Position numbers and translations under genes: made by a program. A DNA stretch of 63,651 nucleotides, counting the filler, from Psammoneis japonica (Eukaryota), in NCBI GenBank assembly GCA_008632985.1. It is 4 parts of 4 records of this genome, joined end to end, with 100 filler letters (N's around TTAATTAATTAA, not from the genome) between each part and the next. Parts side by side here need not be neighbours in the genome. Positions count along the whole stretch, not along the records: positions 17,104 to 33,808 come from QPGO01000482.1; positions 33,909 to 50,294 come from QPGO01000483.1; 2 more parts are not named here. One strand, written 5' to 3'. The notes below the pieces were generated by a model, which saw only the letters and a list, made by a program, of their open reading frames with translations, did not search any database and was not told the origin of the DNA. This document shows, piece after piece, positions 25,400-38,789 of this stretch. Position 1 is the stretch's first letter, and every line of letters begins with the position of its first letter.

Positions 25400-25747
25400 T
25401 TTTTGTTCTGTCGATCCTTCTACAAGTTCAAAATGGTATCATAGAAGCAGAAGTACATGTAATAGCGTTCATCGCCACTGTCCACTCTGTTCGGTTGTTT
25501 TCTGCCATCTTCGATGTCCGTCCTTTTCCCGTTTATTTTCTCCCTCCATTGCAGTTGCAACGTCATCATGCGTTTTGCGCGCGTCACGCGCACATCGAGA
25601 GGCCCGGCCGCCGTCGTCCACGGGTCTCGTACTCAAATTGCATAAGATTTTACTGAGAGCGCTCTCGCGTAGGTTCTACGTGCCAATCATACGACGAGCG
25701 GTTTGTCAGTGGCGAGCGGCACATACCGATAAAAACACCGCATCATC

Positions 25748-27817
25748 ATGGCGTTGCGAACCGCCATTTCCAGCGTCGCAAGGCGAGTGGCTCTTGCCAC
25801 GGCTACTCAGGTATGTTTTAGGATCGTTGTTATTACAGATTGGCATTAGTTTGAACGGGATATTCGTAACGGTTGTGGTTTGACGACGGTCACGAGTGTC
25901 GGATCGGCGGTGTTCGGAATCCGTAACGTTCGTATCTTGTGCCGCGCGGACGGCTGCGGTGCGACTTGCCCTTTGTTTGCCTCGAGAGTCACTGCTCCTG
26001 TCTACAATGCATTTGCAGGCACACAACATAGTCTCCCGTTTTCATAAAGCTTGTCGGATAACGTGTTGCGGCTTGACGCGTCATGGTGACCGTTGCTTAT
26101 CCTCAAATCCTTCAAGATATATCGGTATTTTGTGGAATTCCGAATTCCCTGCCGATCGTTGTGCAGATCTCTGAAAAATTGCAGAGGAAAATGCTTCATT
26201 TTTCAGCTGATTATCTTACCCCGTTTCTTTCCTTTCTTAACACTACTTTAGGCCGCTCGTCGGGGAGCCATTGCCACTTCCACTCGTGGTATGGCAAGCC
26301 AAACGCTCGAGCTTTCAACTTATCTCGAGAGCAAGATCAGTGCTGCTGGCGCCGAAGACTCTGCAGCCAAGTATGCCGAAACCGGAGCCGTCATTTCCGT
26401 GGGAGATGGTATCGCTCGTGTGTATGGACTCTCGAATGTTCAGGCCGGAGAGATGGTTGTGTTTTCCTGCGGTCTCCGCGGTATGGCTCTCAACTTGGAA
26501 GAAGACAACGTGGGTGTTGTGATTTTCGGTGACGATCGTGATATTCTAGAGGGCGACACTGTCAAACGAACCGGTGCTATCGTCGACGTGCCTGTAGGAG
26601 AAGAACTTCTTGGTCGCGTTGTTGATGGTATTGGACAACCCATCGATGGAGGAGCATCGCTTGACAACTGCAAGCGTTCTCGTGCCGAAGTTAAGGCTCC
26701 CGGTATCATTCCCAGAGAATCCGTGTCAGAGCCCATGCTTACCGGACTCAAGGCTGTCGACGCTCTTATCCCCATTGGACGTGGACAGCGTGAGCTTATC
26801 ATTGGTGATCGTCAGACTGGTAAGACTGCTATTGCCATTGATACCATTATCAACCAGAAGACCAAGGACGATCCTCTTGCATGCATTTATGTTGGTGTTG
26901 GGCAGAAGAGGTCGACCATTGCGCAGCTTGTGGGACAGCTCGACGAGAAGGAGGCCATGGGCAACTGCATCATTGTCGCAGCCACAGCCTCTGACTCTGC
27001 TCCTCTGCAGTTCCTTGCCCCTTACACCGGTGCAGCTATGGGTGAATACTTCCGTGACAACGGCAAGCACGCCGTGATCTTTTACGATGATCTCTCAAAG
27101 CAAGCTGTCGCCTACCGTCAGATGTCTTTGCTTCTTCGTCGTCCTCCTGGTCGTGAGGCCTACCCTGGTGATGTGTTTTACCTTCACTCCCGTCTTTTGG
27201 AACGTGCCGCCAAGATGCACCGCAACACTGGAGGTGGATCCTTGACTGCGCTTCCAGTCATTGAGACCCAAGCTGGTGATGTGTCTGCCTACATTCCCAC
27301 CAATGTGATTTCCATTACCGATGGACAGATCTTTTTGGAGTCCGAGCTTTTCTACCAAGGTCAGCGTCCTGCTATTTCTGTCGGTTTGTCGGTGTCTCGT
27401 GTCGGATCTGCCGCCCAGTACAAGGCTACCAAGTCTGTTGCCGGTACGATGAAGCTCGAGCTTGCCCAGTACCGTGAGGTTGCAGCATTTGCCAAGTTCG
27501 GATCCGACCTTGATCCTGCCACCCAGCAGCAGCTCAACCGTGGTGTCCGTCTTTACGAACTTCTCAAGCAAGGACAGTACATGCCCTACGAACCCGAAGA
27601 AGTTGTGGCTTCCCTCTTCATCGGTGTCAAGGGATACTGTGATCGCATTGACGTTGAGCACGTGCAAGCCTTTGAGTCTGCCTTTTTGGAGCATGTCAAG
27701 GGTGCCCACAGCAAGGTCCTTAAGGAGATTGTTGATGCAGGATACGTCTTGACGGAATCGGCAGAGAAGGAGCTTCATGAGATCGCTGAGACCTTTACCA
27801 GCGGTTACTCTCCCTAA
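25748..27817 (+). CDS. ATP1: Mitochondrial F1 ATP synthase subunit alpha, nucleus-encoded; exons 25748-25810 and 26252-27817
   Basis: [10 protein letters not shown], Walker [30 protein letters not shown]; presequence [34 protein letters not shown] joined by a phase-0 GT..AG intron. Confidence 0.95.
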
Positions 27818-27987
27818 GTACACACTTTTGTAGATAATGTCGGCTCCAATCATTAGAAAGCTTTGATCAAATTGTGGTTGCTGAGTTACATTAAAGTTAG
27901 CTTTGTACATCGAGTGAAATCAGGCTCACTTTCCCACAGCGTGCTTATTGCAAACGCAACAGTTTACGTGAGTCCGAAGTCAAGATT

Positions 27988-28430
27988 TTAAAAGGTAAGA
28001 GTAGACAGCGGCTGGCAACGTCTTGCAGACCTGGAATACTGAAGGACCAGCTTCGTTCGTTGCCAATATACATCACCAACGACAGAGTGAAGGGACTCTT
28101 TGACCTTGTTTGCCAACGGCGCATAAGCGGTGTCACCCATTTGATTTCTTCGGACACACTCTTTAACAACCTAAATGTAGAGCAACGCGGTGCATGAGTT
28201 AGTTCCTTGGTTTGATTTCGCAGCTAGCCCGTCCGACACTGACAAAGAGGACAATGGCTTACCTTTTTAGCAACTTCGCGTAGGTACGGATCGTTACGTG
28301 CTAGATCATCAAACAGAATTTTGATAAAGATTACTAGCTCACGTCTTTCTGACCTACTCGAGACTTTGTTACAGTGTCTGTGTATCTGGTCCCGCTTTTT
28401 CTCTTCGACTCTGAAACAGTGTGCTGTCAT
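27988..28430 (-). CDS. Small diatom-type hypothetical protein (~116 aa); exons 28430-28263 and 28170-27988
   Basis: Phase-0 GTAAG..TAG intron joins ...VIFIKILF...REVAKK to VVKECVRRNQMGD...VGDVYWQR; resembles a diatom-specific family (from memory). Confidence 0.7.
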
Positions 28431-28908
28431 TGTGCTGAAAATATATTGTGGATGTTGTCTTCCTCGTCGTCTTCTATTCGTGAAAGTTTGGAGATTTTGA
28501 TTTTGGCAGATGGAATTGTGATGTTGTGAGTGCACTCCATACATTTTACGTGGGAAGCCACGACCCCGAGTCACACTTCTCGTTTTGGCGCTCTCACCTC
28601 TCACTGTTCGGATTGACCGTACCGGTACGACGTAGCGCGCTGGTACTGATTCTTCGTAGCCCGTCAGATTGACGCACGGCCGGTTCGGTTTCGCGGATCG
28701 CGCGGAACTCGACCGAACGCAGAAGATGACGTCAGTTGACACGATTATGAGAAGCCCAACACAATTAGGACCGTACCGTACTGTAGCAGAAGGCTTCTAG
28801 CTAGCTAAACAACTTCTCAAAATGGGCAATCTTTTTGAATACCCCAACAATAGGAAGAGAGTAAACCCAGGTCCAATGAGGTCATCGAGCTTTTGAGCAC
28901 GCTAAGGT

Positions 28909-28932
28909 AGAGAGAGAGAGAGAGAGAGAGAG
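28909..28932. repeat. (AG)n microsatellite
   Basis: Directly visible. Confidence 0.9.
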
Positions 28933-29092
28933 TTCCACTGTTGCATCTTGGATGCGATACCTAATCGATCCTTTTCTGCGAAATTGAAAAGCGGCGTTTT
29001 CGAATGATCAGCTAGCTACCTGCATCTTTGCTTTTAAAATTAAACAGTCATTTCATCTAGTGAGAGAACAAACGTTTCGAAAGAATGAGGTC

Positions 29093-30477
29093 TCAGTTTT
29101 TTCCGTCTTTGGCATCAGAATCGCTATCATCCTTGATTCCCACTGTTTCGAGATTCTTCTTTAAATCCGCTTTTTTCTCACGAAGCATCCACGTTGCCAG
29201 CTTGAGACGCTCTACGAGGTCATCTGTATCTAAAGCTTGAATCCTGTATGTTGCGTCTTCTTCCGGTAATAACTCTGTACAGAACGCGCTCCAAGAAACA
29301 GCCGTCAACTCCTGAGGCGTGCGCTCACTGTCGTTCTGTTCGGCGATACAATAGCCTATTGATCACATTAAAGCAGTATAATAAAAATGAATTTATCAGA
29401 TACAAAACAATGCTGGAAATCTTTAGCAAGCTTACTCACCCTGGGTATCAGTTGTCATTGCTACCTCGTAAGCCCGATGAAAACGAGCTCGGCGATCAAT
29501 ATCATCATTCTCAATGTCGTCGTCGTCGTCGTCGTCATGATAGAACTTATCCTCCTGTGAAAAAGATACGCGTCCTTCAGTTAGAAAACGAGTCGGGTCT
29601 CGTCTACACAGAACCATGAGGTACCCCAACACAATACTCACGAGCTTTGCAAGTTTGATTCGTCGCTTTATTTCTTGCGCTTTCTCATCATCCGAGTCCT
29701 TGGTAGCTTGTGCTAGTTGATGCTCCATACTTGAAAGCACCAACATGTAATTTTCAATATTGCTGGCGGCAAGGTTGGGTAGATCGAGGTTTGGTGGGAT
29801 TTTGTCCACAATTTCTGTGCAGACCGCCTTAATATATGGCTCCTGTTGTGTGACTTCCATCAGAGAGGCTCGACCAACTACACGAATAGTGACAAAAATA
29901 CCGAAATCTTCCACTCGATTGTATGCTTCCACCTCACATAATGGAACAGTCTGAATAACACCCGAGTCTGCCAGTAACCCCATTGCTACCACACCTTCAT
30001 GATTGTCCATGGTATCTTTGAATAACGAAATGAATCTACCAGTATGCCAGAACGCAATTGATATTCCAGAACAAAGAAGAAAAAAGAGATAGCCACATCT
30101 GCTGTCAGTACCTATCCTTCAGATTCATCTAATTCTGCACAAACAAAGGGCTCTCGTACAACCACTCCTACTCACCTTTCTTCGTATAATCTCAACTGCT
30201 TCGTTTCTCCCTGCAAAAGAACTTCGTGCCAAGGAAACGGGAGAATGCAAACTTCCTTTGGTGGCGCACTTTCTTCAACGCCCAAACGTCGGTCCTCTCC
30301 AGTGCCTGGAAAATCAAACACCAAATCTCTCCATTCTGGAATTCCATTCAGTTTCGTATTCTTACGACTGCTCGTGAGAACGACGCCCCGTCTGCCGCTC
30401 ACGACAAACGCCGCACAAAAACACCGGAAAGAAACCAACACCCCGAAACATGAAAACAGTATTCTCCGCTTTATCAT
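29093..30477 (-). CDS. LON peptidase N-terminal (substrate-binding) domain protein, plastid-targeted, multi-exon
   Basis: Signal peptide with CAA-F; ILPFPWHEVLLQGETKQLRLYEER/FISLF across intron 30175-30036; VTIRVVGR; ALDTDDLVERL. Confidence 0.8.
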
Positions 30478-31085
30478 TTTCTAAGTTAACGGATTATTCA
30501 AGAAACAAGTTGTTGCAACACGCAGATGATTGTAGCTGCAAAAAGATTCATTCCAACAAATTCTGACAATTTCCTTTCTTCGGCATCATCAATCAGAACA
30601 AACATCGCACATGCCGTACGGTCCACGCCACCTTTGCTCGTTCTTCGCTTCGTGGCGCAGAACGCAGAACGCAGAATCATCATCGGACGACAGCCAGAGC
30701 GTTTGGAGGTTCCCACAAGCAACGTCGCAACGTGACAAGATGCGCCACTCTCTCGAACGAACGAACGATCAAACTCTCTCTCTCTCTCGCTCCCTCTCTC
30801 TAACTCTCCAGGCCCTGCCGGCAGCTGCCACAGTGCAACTCGTTCAATCATGGGACATTGCTCACATGACCAACACTCACACACCCTTGTGCGAATTCCG
30901 TGCAAAAGAAAATTCTTCCTGTCTGCACACGCTGGTGCCTGGCGTGGAGGAGGGGGGTGCGTCCGTGCAACCACAGTTGTTGAATGACCCCAGTGACTGT
31001 TGTGTGTTCCTGACATCTCAGTGATGTCTTTTTTGTTGTTCTCAGAATCTGACATTTCAGAGGGGGGAGCACGGAGCACAAAACT

Positions 31086-33808
31086 TGACAGGATTTGAAC
31101 AAGATTTTGGTTTGTCACACATGGTCATGTGTGCTCTTAGTTCTGCGTGCGTCGCGCGATGTAGTTTGCTTTCGAGCCACAGAGCTCACAAGAACAATGA
31201 CAGCAGTGCCGACATCATGACACCAGTCTTTCGGCTCCTGTGACGGTTTCTGCACGGAGACTCATCTGCCATTTGGACAGCAGCAAGGAGTTGTTGTTTG
31301 CTTCCACCCAGTCATCTTCATTTTCTGTCAGGTTGACAATCTTGCTCTTTGTTGTCCATTGAGTGTTCATCATCGTCATCAAGAAATTTTGACGACATGC
31401 ACTGTTGGCGGTGGAAGCATGTGTCTGCCTTCTTCACTGCGCTGGTTGCTGGATTGAATCCACACGTTTGGATTTGTCCGACACCTCCCATCGTTGGATG
31501 CATTCATTCAACGGACATTTGTTTGGCCAGGAATTCCTGAATTCTCAGACATCCAAGATTCCGGATTCCTTGCAGTGGATCCTGCCAATGCATCCGCATG
31601 CGTTCACGTGCACACGACACAAATCCCTGACTCTGGCTCTGCTCTGCACATGCCAAGTCTACCGCCTCGCATCTGCGCCGGATTGCTGGTCTTCTGCAGT
31701 CCCACAAGGTCCACGAGGACAACTGTGAGAGGAAGCAATTCATGATCACAGCCTGCATTAGGGCAAGGGTGCATTTCCCACGCTTGTTCGTCCCTCCACA
31801 GCGCCAAATTTGGCCGGCCTGATCGGGTCATCCAACCGACATAAAATGAGAACGGTTCAATGGGTTCCAGTCCTGGGTGGGACTTTTTGTGACATTTGCC
31901 CCGTAGAATTCTACGTGCGAGCTCTGCAGTTCGTACTCTGGTTGATGGACACATTTATCTTCGACATAAAAAAAACGGCCAAGTTTGCAGCACATCCATC
32001 CATGTCGGCACTAGAAGTTTTGGACAACACGCCTGCCCTGCGCCATTCTTAAGACACTCGAGAATGGCGCAGAAGAAAAAAACATTAAAAGTTGGTCAAT
32101 GGATGGCCTGACAATTGCACCATAAAATCACACAAAATTTCGCCAAAATCACGTAGAAATGTGCGTGCGCGACATACAACGCGATTCAAAAAACTGTCGA
32201 TGTCACAGTTCAGCAGTGCGAGGTCCCACCTAGACCTGGAACGCGTCGTTCGGAGGTCTTGTCCACCTCTGGTTGGCTTGTCAGCAGGGGTTTTTAACCT
32301 GTTGCTCCACTCTCAAGCAACCCAAAGCATCGCCAGCTGTGGGCTCGGATGTGCCGGCACAACTCTGCGGACTGGGTGGGAAGCTTGGCACTTGACTGCG
32401 AACGGGACATCACAGCCCGGCGGCTTCTGACTCTTAAGACAGTCCAAGACATCAAGCCAAGATTCAAGTCAAGTTTCAAGTTGTTTCAAGCTCACCCTCC
32501 GACTCCAGCCAGTTCCGACATCCACCCAGTTGCAACATGGTTCTCACCAGGCAACAACAAATCAATGGCCTCGAGCACATTCTAGGCACTGTTCTGAATC
32601 AAGCCACAGACAGTCCATTGTGCTCCGCTCTCAACATTGATGGAGCCGATTTGCATCAGGACCTTTTCACTTTTACTCCAATGCAATTGGATTCCCTTGT
32701 GTTCAATGACAGAACCAATCAAATGCCTTTGCCATGTGGTTGTTGGCAATGACCCTCAATTGTTCACACAAGAGGAGTTCACCAACTGTCGTCTCAGTCC
32801 TGAGCATGCAGCGTCCCTCTCCATGGGTGCAGCACCATCTGCTCCCACTCCTGGCTTGTTGCCACCCAAACCATGTGATCCCGTGCATGACTTTAAACGA
32901 GGCATCAAACGTGACCCACTTGCCTTCGCGCTTCTCAAGTCCGACAAACGGTGGCACACGTGGCACACCTCCATCATTGCACAGGCCCACTCCCAAGACG
33001 TCACACGCATTCTTGACCCGACGCACAAGCCCTCTGCAGCTGAGGACAAGGCCCTGTTTGCTGAACAACAGAAGCACATGTTCACCACATTCGAACGGAT
33101 CTTGCAGAATGACAAAGGCAAGGCTCTTGTTCGTCAACATGTCGGCTCCTCTGATGCTCAAGCGGTGTGTCGTGACCTTTCCAAGTGTGCCCTTGCTTCT
33201 GCTTGCACATCCCTGGAGTCCTCGACCCTTCTCACGCACCTCGCCACTGCTCGCCTCGGTGATGGCACCTGGAAAGGTTCCACTCATGCCTTCATGCTCC
33301 ACTGGCAGGACCAGCTCTGCAAGCATGAAGCTCTTGTCCCGGGTGCGGACCATTTTTCTGCTGGCCAGAAATGTGTCATGCTTGAGAATGCCGCACATCC
33401 TGTCAAGGAACTCTGTTCGGTGAAGAATCAGGCCGATCAGTTCCGCATGCAGAATGGAAAGAGACTCTCTTACGAAGAGTGCTGTGGACTCCTGCTTTCT
33501 GCTGCAGCACAGCACGACAGCACGTTTGCCCCCAAGACGGCTCCTTGCGCTCCGCGCCGTGCCATCTACGAACATGACCTGGTCCCTGACGACCCTGATG
33601 ACGATGTGTTCTTTGACATCGACAGTGATGTTGATGTCATGCAAGCTCATGCTGTGCAAACTCGTGGCAATTCCCTCACCAGGGAACAATGGCGTTGCAT
33701 TCCGCCGACCACCAGCACATTTGGGACACCTCACCCCAGTCCACTGAGGCCATCATTCTTGGCTCGCGCACCACCCACACAGGCAACTGCCATGACTTGC
33801 TGGCAGTC
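31086..33808 (+). mobile_element. 5' part of a Copia element (LTR, leader, gag), cut by contig end; same family as 44800-50294
   Basis: LTR start TGACAGGATTTGAACAAG identical to 50168; gag DFKRGIKRDP...ARLGDGTWKGS closely matches 45030-45950. Confidence 0.88.
31859..32247 (+). mobile_element. MITE family A copy 2, nested in the Copia leader, retains many TpA
   Basis: Both TIRs present; TSD GTTC at 31855-31858 and 32248-32251. Confidence 0.88.
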
Positions 33809-33908
33809 NNNNNNNNNNNNNNNNNNNNNNNNNNNNNNNNNNNNNNNNNNNNTTAATTAATTAANNNNNNNNNNNNNNNNNNNNNNNNNNNNNNNNNNNN
33901 NNNNNNNN
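33809..33908. other. Artificial contig spacer
   Basis: N44-TTAATTAATTAA-N44. Confidence 0.98.
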
Positions 33909-36900
33909 GATTTAGGATGCAAAGGGGACACCATCATGGCTGATCTTATGCCTGACGGTGAAAATGATGCATCGGTCTTGAACAATGCCACTGCTTGACT
34001 TGTTCAATTCTTACAAAGACAATCACCAGTGTCAGTGTCAACTTCATTGGCCAAAACAGAGTTGGAGGGTAAATTCAAGAAGTGAAAGGAATCTGCCTCA
34101 ACTTCATTACATTCAGGATTGCATTTGGGCCACTGGAAAGCAATGCATGCTCCACATTCTCACTCCTCAGCCACAGATTCTGTTGGGAATCCTGCGCAAG
34201 ACCAAGTCCAATTGAACAAGGTGCAACAGTGTCTGATTGCCATCAGGTTGAACTTGTTGAAAATTGCGCCCTCAAATGGGGATGTTCCTGCGATTGCTGG
34301 AAGGACATTGTGAATGTTGTGATTTTCAAAGAGCCCAGTGACAACAAGATCCATCACCTTTGGGTCATTCACATCTATGAGGCAGACTTTCAACTGATGT
34401 CCAGCATCAAGTGGCGTCTGTTAGCTCAGAATGTGGAACACCGTCGGTGCTGCAATCACGGCACGTGCAGCACAAGCCCTTTCCCAAATGCCAACACTCC
34501 AGTCTATCTTGAAGAACTCATGCTCAAGATCAGTTGGGTGTCTCGAAAATCAGCGATGCACAGCAATGGCAACAATGCCTCGTGTCATGAATGTGACATG
34601 CATGTGTTGACCGCCATGCAGAGTTGGAGCAATGTCATGCCCGCTGAAGTTACAAAAGTGGCTAACGCCACATTGCATGAAGCTGGACATTGGCTCAATG
34701 TTGTCCTTGGCTTGTCCTCAACTTCCCATTCCCACTCTGAGGCTTTCCCACGTGCGGCGCTGGTCAGAGCAGTGGCAACTCCCCTTTTTATTGGAGTCAG
34801 TTGTGCACAACAGCCTGTTTTGCTTGTTTGACCAACAGGCACACGGAGCATGTTTTGAGACTCCTGACCAATCAATGTCTCCACACATGTTTCAAAGAGG
34901 ATGTGTTTATGACACATCAATGCAAGTCAATGATTTTTGCACTTCTCCTCAACCTTCTGCCTTCAATTTGTCCTTGCACATGTAGGAGGACAACCAACTC
35001 TGGTGCGACCTGTTAGATTCTGCGGGACACGAACTTGAGCTTCCCAAGTGTTCATTTCATGCCATTGAATGACTGTTTGCAGATGACAGCGAACCACATC
35101 TATGACCTCACAACAAAGACACATGCAGTGAGGTGTCCTCCATGGATTGACAGTTGACACGGGACAGTCCCCAGCTTTCAGCCTGCTTGGCTCACAAGAC
35201 GCTCGGCTGTCATAAATCACCCGCTGGAACACAGAAGACACAATTTGTCAAACTGAAGACAAAGAGTGATGATCTTTTGGTCTTTCTCCAGTTGTGCCTG
35301 CTGGATCGAGATGATGCCTGGACATGCCATTTTGCCTGCTGTTTGGCCTCTGTGACCCACATCCTTCCCAGTGCTCACTTTTCTCCAAAAGAACTTCACG
35401 ACATCCAAAGGAAAGCCATGTGGGTGATGTTTGCAAAGTGTGGTTACAACAACAACACTGAGTGCGATGCGTCATGTGGCCCTTGCTCTTTGGGTGGAGG
35501 TGGCTTCCGATCTCTAGACATTGAACAAGGAACTTCACAAGTCTTGCAATTTTTGCACCAATGGAGAGGGTCAGGTCAACCTCGGATTTTGTCTCACATC
35601 ACCATGGCCTGGGTTCAGTTTCAACTTGGTGCCGGTGTCAGCTTCTTGAGGGACGTCCATGCAAAGCTTCCTCATTTGGAGTCAAAATTGTTTGTGTCGC
35701 TACGCTCCTTTTTGGCTTGGGTAAATGGATGCATTGAGGTGGATGATGCCAGAGTTCTGCCATTACAATGCAAAGGGGACTACTTTGTTGTGGACCACAC
35801 ACTCAAGTCCGGGATGTTTTCAGACAGGGAAGTCCGGCTGATCAATCATTGTTGACTGTTCCTTCAAGTCCTCACCGTGTCTGATGTCACCCCACCGGAT
35901 GGCAGGTTTCTGGACGCTGCTAAAGTGAAAGGAGATCCTTCTTTGTTGAGCAGCATGTCTGTGTTGAACCCAGTTGAACAACCCCCCCGTCTGCTTGTGC
36001 ATGAACTCAATGGCACAAGGTTTGTTCCTTGTGGTGTGAAGAAGGTATTTTGGAGCGTAAATCGTCCCTGGGCAACTGGCTGACATGTCTGCAGACAAAA
36101 TGAGAATGACTTTCACAGCATGCTATGAGCCCTTTGAAGAACATTTGTGCATTCGGTCCTCCAAGCAATTTGAAGTGTTTCCAGTGACTGACAACATTGC
36201 TGACACTGTCGGATCTCTCTAAACTGTGCCAGACATTTCCCCGTTAGCGGCACCCATCGTGGTGGACACCACTGACAATGGACGATGGCATGTCATAAAT
36301 TGTGGAACAGCTGTGTCTGTCCCTGGGGCTGTGCTGATTCCCAATGACTTCATGGAAATGTTGGCATCTCTTTCTCCTTGGGAGGCAGCTTCATTTGACA
36401 GTCTTACCTTGCATGTTTCTGTTTTTGAACTGGCAGACATCATGCGAACTAACAAGGCCATGGCAGGGAGTGATGGTTTGGTGTTAGATTTTGATGCGTC
36501 ATTTGGATGGACTTTGACCATCAATGGGAACCCCTTGGCTGATTGTGCGGGTCCAGTGTTTGGTTTTTGGCCTTCTTCTTATGGAGCAGAAGCATGTGGA
36601 TTGTTGTCCATTCTCTGCTTTCCTCTTCCAGTTGTGGAATGTGCTGGGACGGGTTTTCTCTTGGGGACTGATTTGCATTGTGACAATTCCTCTCTCTGGT
36701 TTGCAACGTCTCTTCATTTCACAAGCCGCCTCCATTGGATGTGCATGGACTCAATGGCACAAAGCTTGTTCTTTGTTTTGTTTGGAAGGAACTCTGGAAC
36801 TGCAATCTTCACTGGGGAGCTGACTGGTTTCTGCAAACAGGATGAGAATGACTTTCACAGCATGTTGTAAGCCGTCTAAAGAATTTTTGTACATTTGGTC

Positions 36901-38670
36901 CTCGGAGAAATCTGAGGTGTTTCCTGTGCATGATGGCACAGCCGAAACCGTTGGATCCCTTGAAACTGCATCTGACATTTCCCCATTGGCAAATTGTGGG
37001 ACAGCTGTTTCTGTTGACTGTGCCAATCTCCAATGACTTCGTGGTGATGCTTGAATCTGTGCCCCCTTGGGAGACAACTTTGTTTGACAATCTTGCACCT
37101 TGCACGTGTCTGTTTTTGAACTGGCAGACATTTTGCAAACCAACAGGGCTGTGGCAGGGAGCTACAGTTCAGTGATAAATTTCGATGCATCATTTGGATG
37201 GACTTTGTCCATTGACGGTGCTCCCTTGGTTGATTGTGTGGGTCCAGTGTTTGGTTTCTGGCCTTCTTCTTGTGGAGCCAAAGCTTGTGGACTCCCCGAT
37301 TTCTGCTCCAAGTTGTGGAATGCACCAGGACGGGGTTCCCCTTGGGGATTGTGTTGTGCTGCGACAACTCATCTCTGGTCTGCAATGTCTCTTCTTTTCA
37401 AATGCCACCTCCAACAGCAGATGAAGATGCTTCCCTGGATTGCTGCATTGATCATGCTCATTGACATCACATTGTGAATGAGGTGTCTCTAGACTGGGAT
37501 GTTCTGCATGAAATCTTCCACTCCTTCCAACAGCTTTCAGAATTCTCTGTCAATGATTCAGGAGGTGCTCAAGTGGAGGTGACATGGGTTAAGAGTCACC
37601 AGGATGATTCTGTCCCACACAAGAATCTTCCTCTGCCAGCACAATTGAATGTTCATGCAGATCACCTGGCAGGACGGCACCATGGAACACACTCAGAGGC
37701 AATGTGGCCAGCACCACAATTTCCACACTGTGCTGCTAATCTCATTGTCAATGACTTGTTAATTGTGACTAAGTTCAAACCAGCATTGTGCTGCTCCAGC
37801 ACTCTGAGTGCACATGATGGAGAAGCACGGATGGTCTGATGAAATGTTCAATTCCATGGATTGGCAGGTCCATGCAAAGTTGATGTCCAGAAAAATTTTG
37901 CCGGCGGGTCAGCACTGTGAAGTTGGTTCAAGACCTCTTGCCTGCAAATAAAATTGTCCACAGACACAACCCCACTCAATCGGACTGTTGCATCCATTGC
38001 CAGCATCCCATGGAAGACAGGGACCATGTTCTGCAATGTCCCTACAATGAACAATGGCACAGGACATTTCTTCAAGGCCCACACAAGAAGTGTGACAACA
38101 TTTCCACTTCTCCTTCATTGAGAGACATGTTGCTGTTGTGTTTGGAATCATGGTTTTGCAAAGAAATTGTTCACTCAGATGATGTGCACCACAGTGTCTG
38201 ATCAGTCTTTCAGGTTCTCAGTGGAGTGGAACATTGCTCAACAAACATGCTCATTGACCAGCAGATCTCCAGTGCAGGCGGGCAACAGTTGAAGACTGGA
38301 CTGAGCAGCTGCTGCAGGTTCTTATGTTTGGCCCCAATGGTGGGAACTGTGGGACTTGCACAATGATGCAGTGCACAGACACAATTCAGAAACTGGGAAG
38401 TCATCCCAGCATTGAGACACCAAAGCAGAAGTCAATGCCATGTGCTCCAGAGTGAACGACCATTTGGCAAAAGACAAGGCGCATCTGTTTGACTCAGTTG
38501 ATGAACATCTGGCCCATTCAACACACAGATTGAGAAATTGGTTGATGACAGTTCACCCCATGTTCAAGTCCAGCATCCGGGAAGCAAAACGTCTTGCTGC
38601 AAGAGGCACTCGTGCCATTGCCAGTTACTTCAGCTTGGCTCCACCGCCAGGTGGTGCCAATGTTGGCTAA
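33909..38670 (+). mobile_element. Degenerate non-LTR retrotransposon (RT, RNase H, C-terminal CCHC; Ambal-like)
   Basis: Fragments KEPSDNKIHHLWVIHIYEADF, HKTLG, GPCSLGGGGF..EQG, SDG..ASFGW, SSYGAEACGLLS, HCDN, WVKSHQD..LNVHADHLA, CIHC..EDRDHVLQC; many frameshifts. Confidence 0.8.
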
Positions 38671-38789
38671 TTGTCACATGCCCCTGCCACACCATTGGTG
38701 TGCTGGGGGTGTTTTGGGCTAGCTTGATGCCGGAGTTGCAGGGTGGAAGTGCAGCAGCACCTTGAACATGGATTTTGGGTTTTGTTTTG

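Noticed and set aside
26291..27817. NUMT or bacterial contaminant atpA
   Set aside because: Has a spliceosomal intron and a mitochondrial presequence and lies among nuclear genes
27095..27910. 271-aa antisense ORF
   Set aside because: Shadow of the codon-biased ATP1 gene
19251..30477. Gene island encoding the mutator enzyme
   Set aside because: No deaminase (HxE...PCxxC), methyltransferase, dioxygenase or polymerase motifs seen; the two hypotheticals give no such hint
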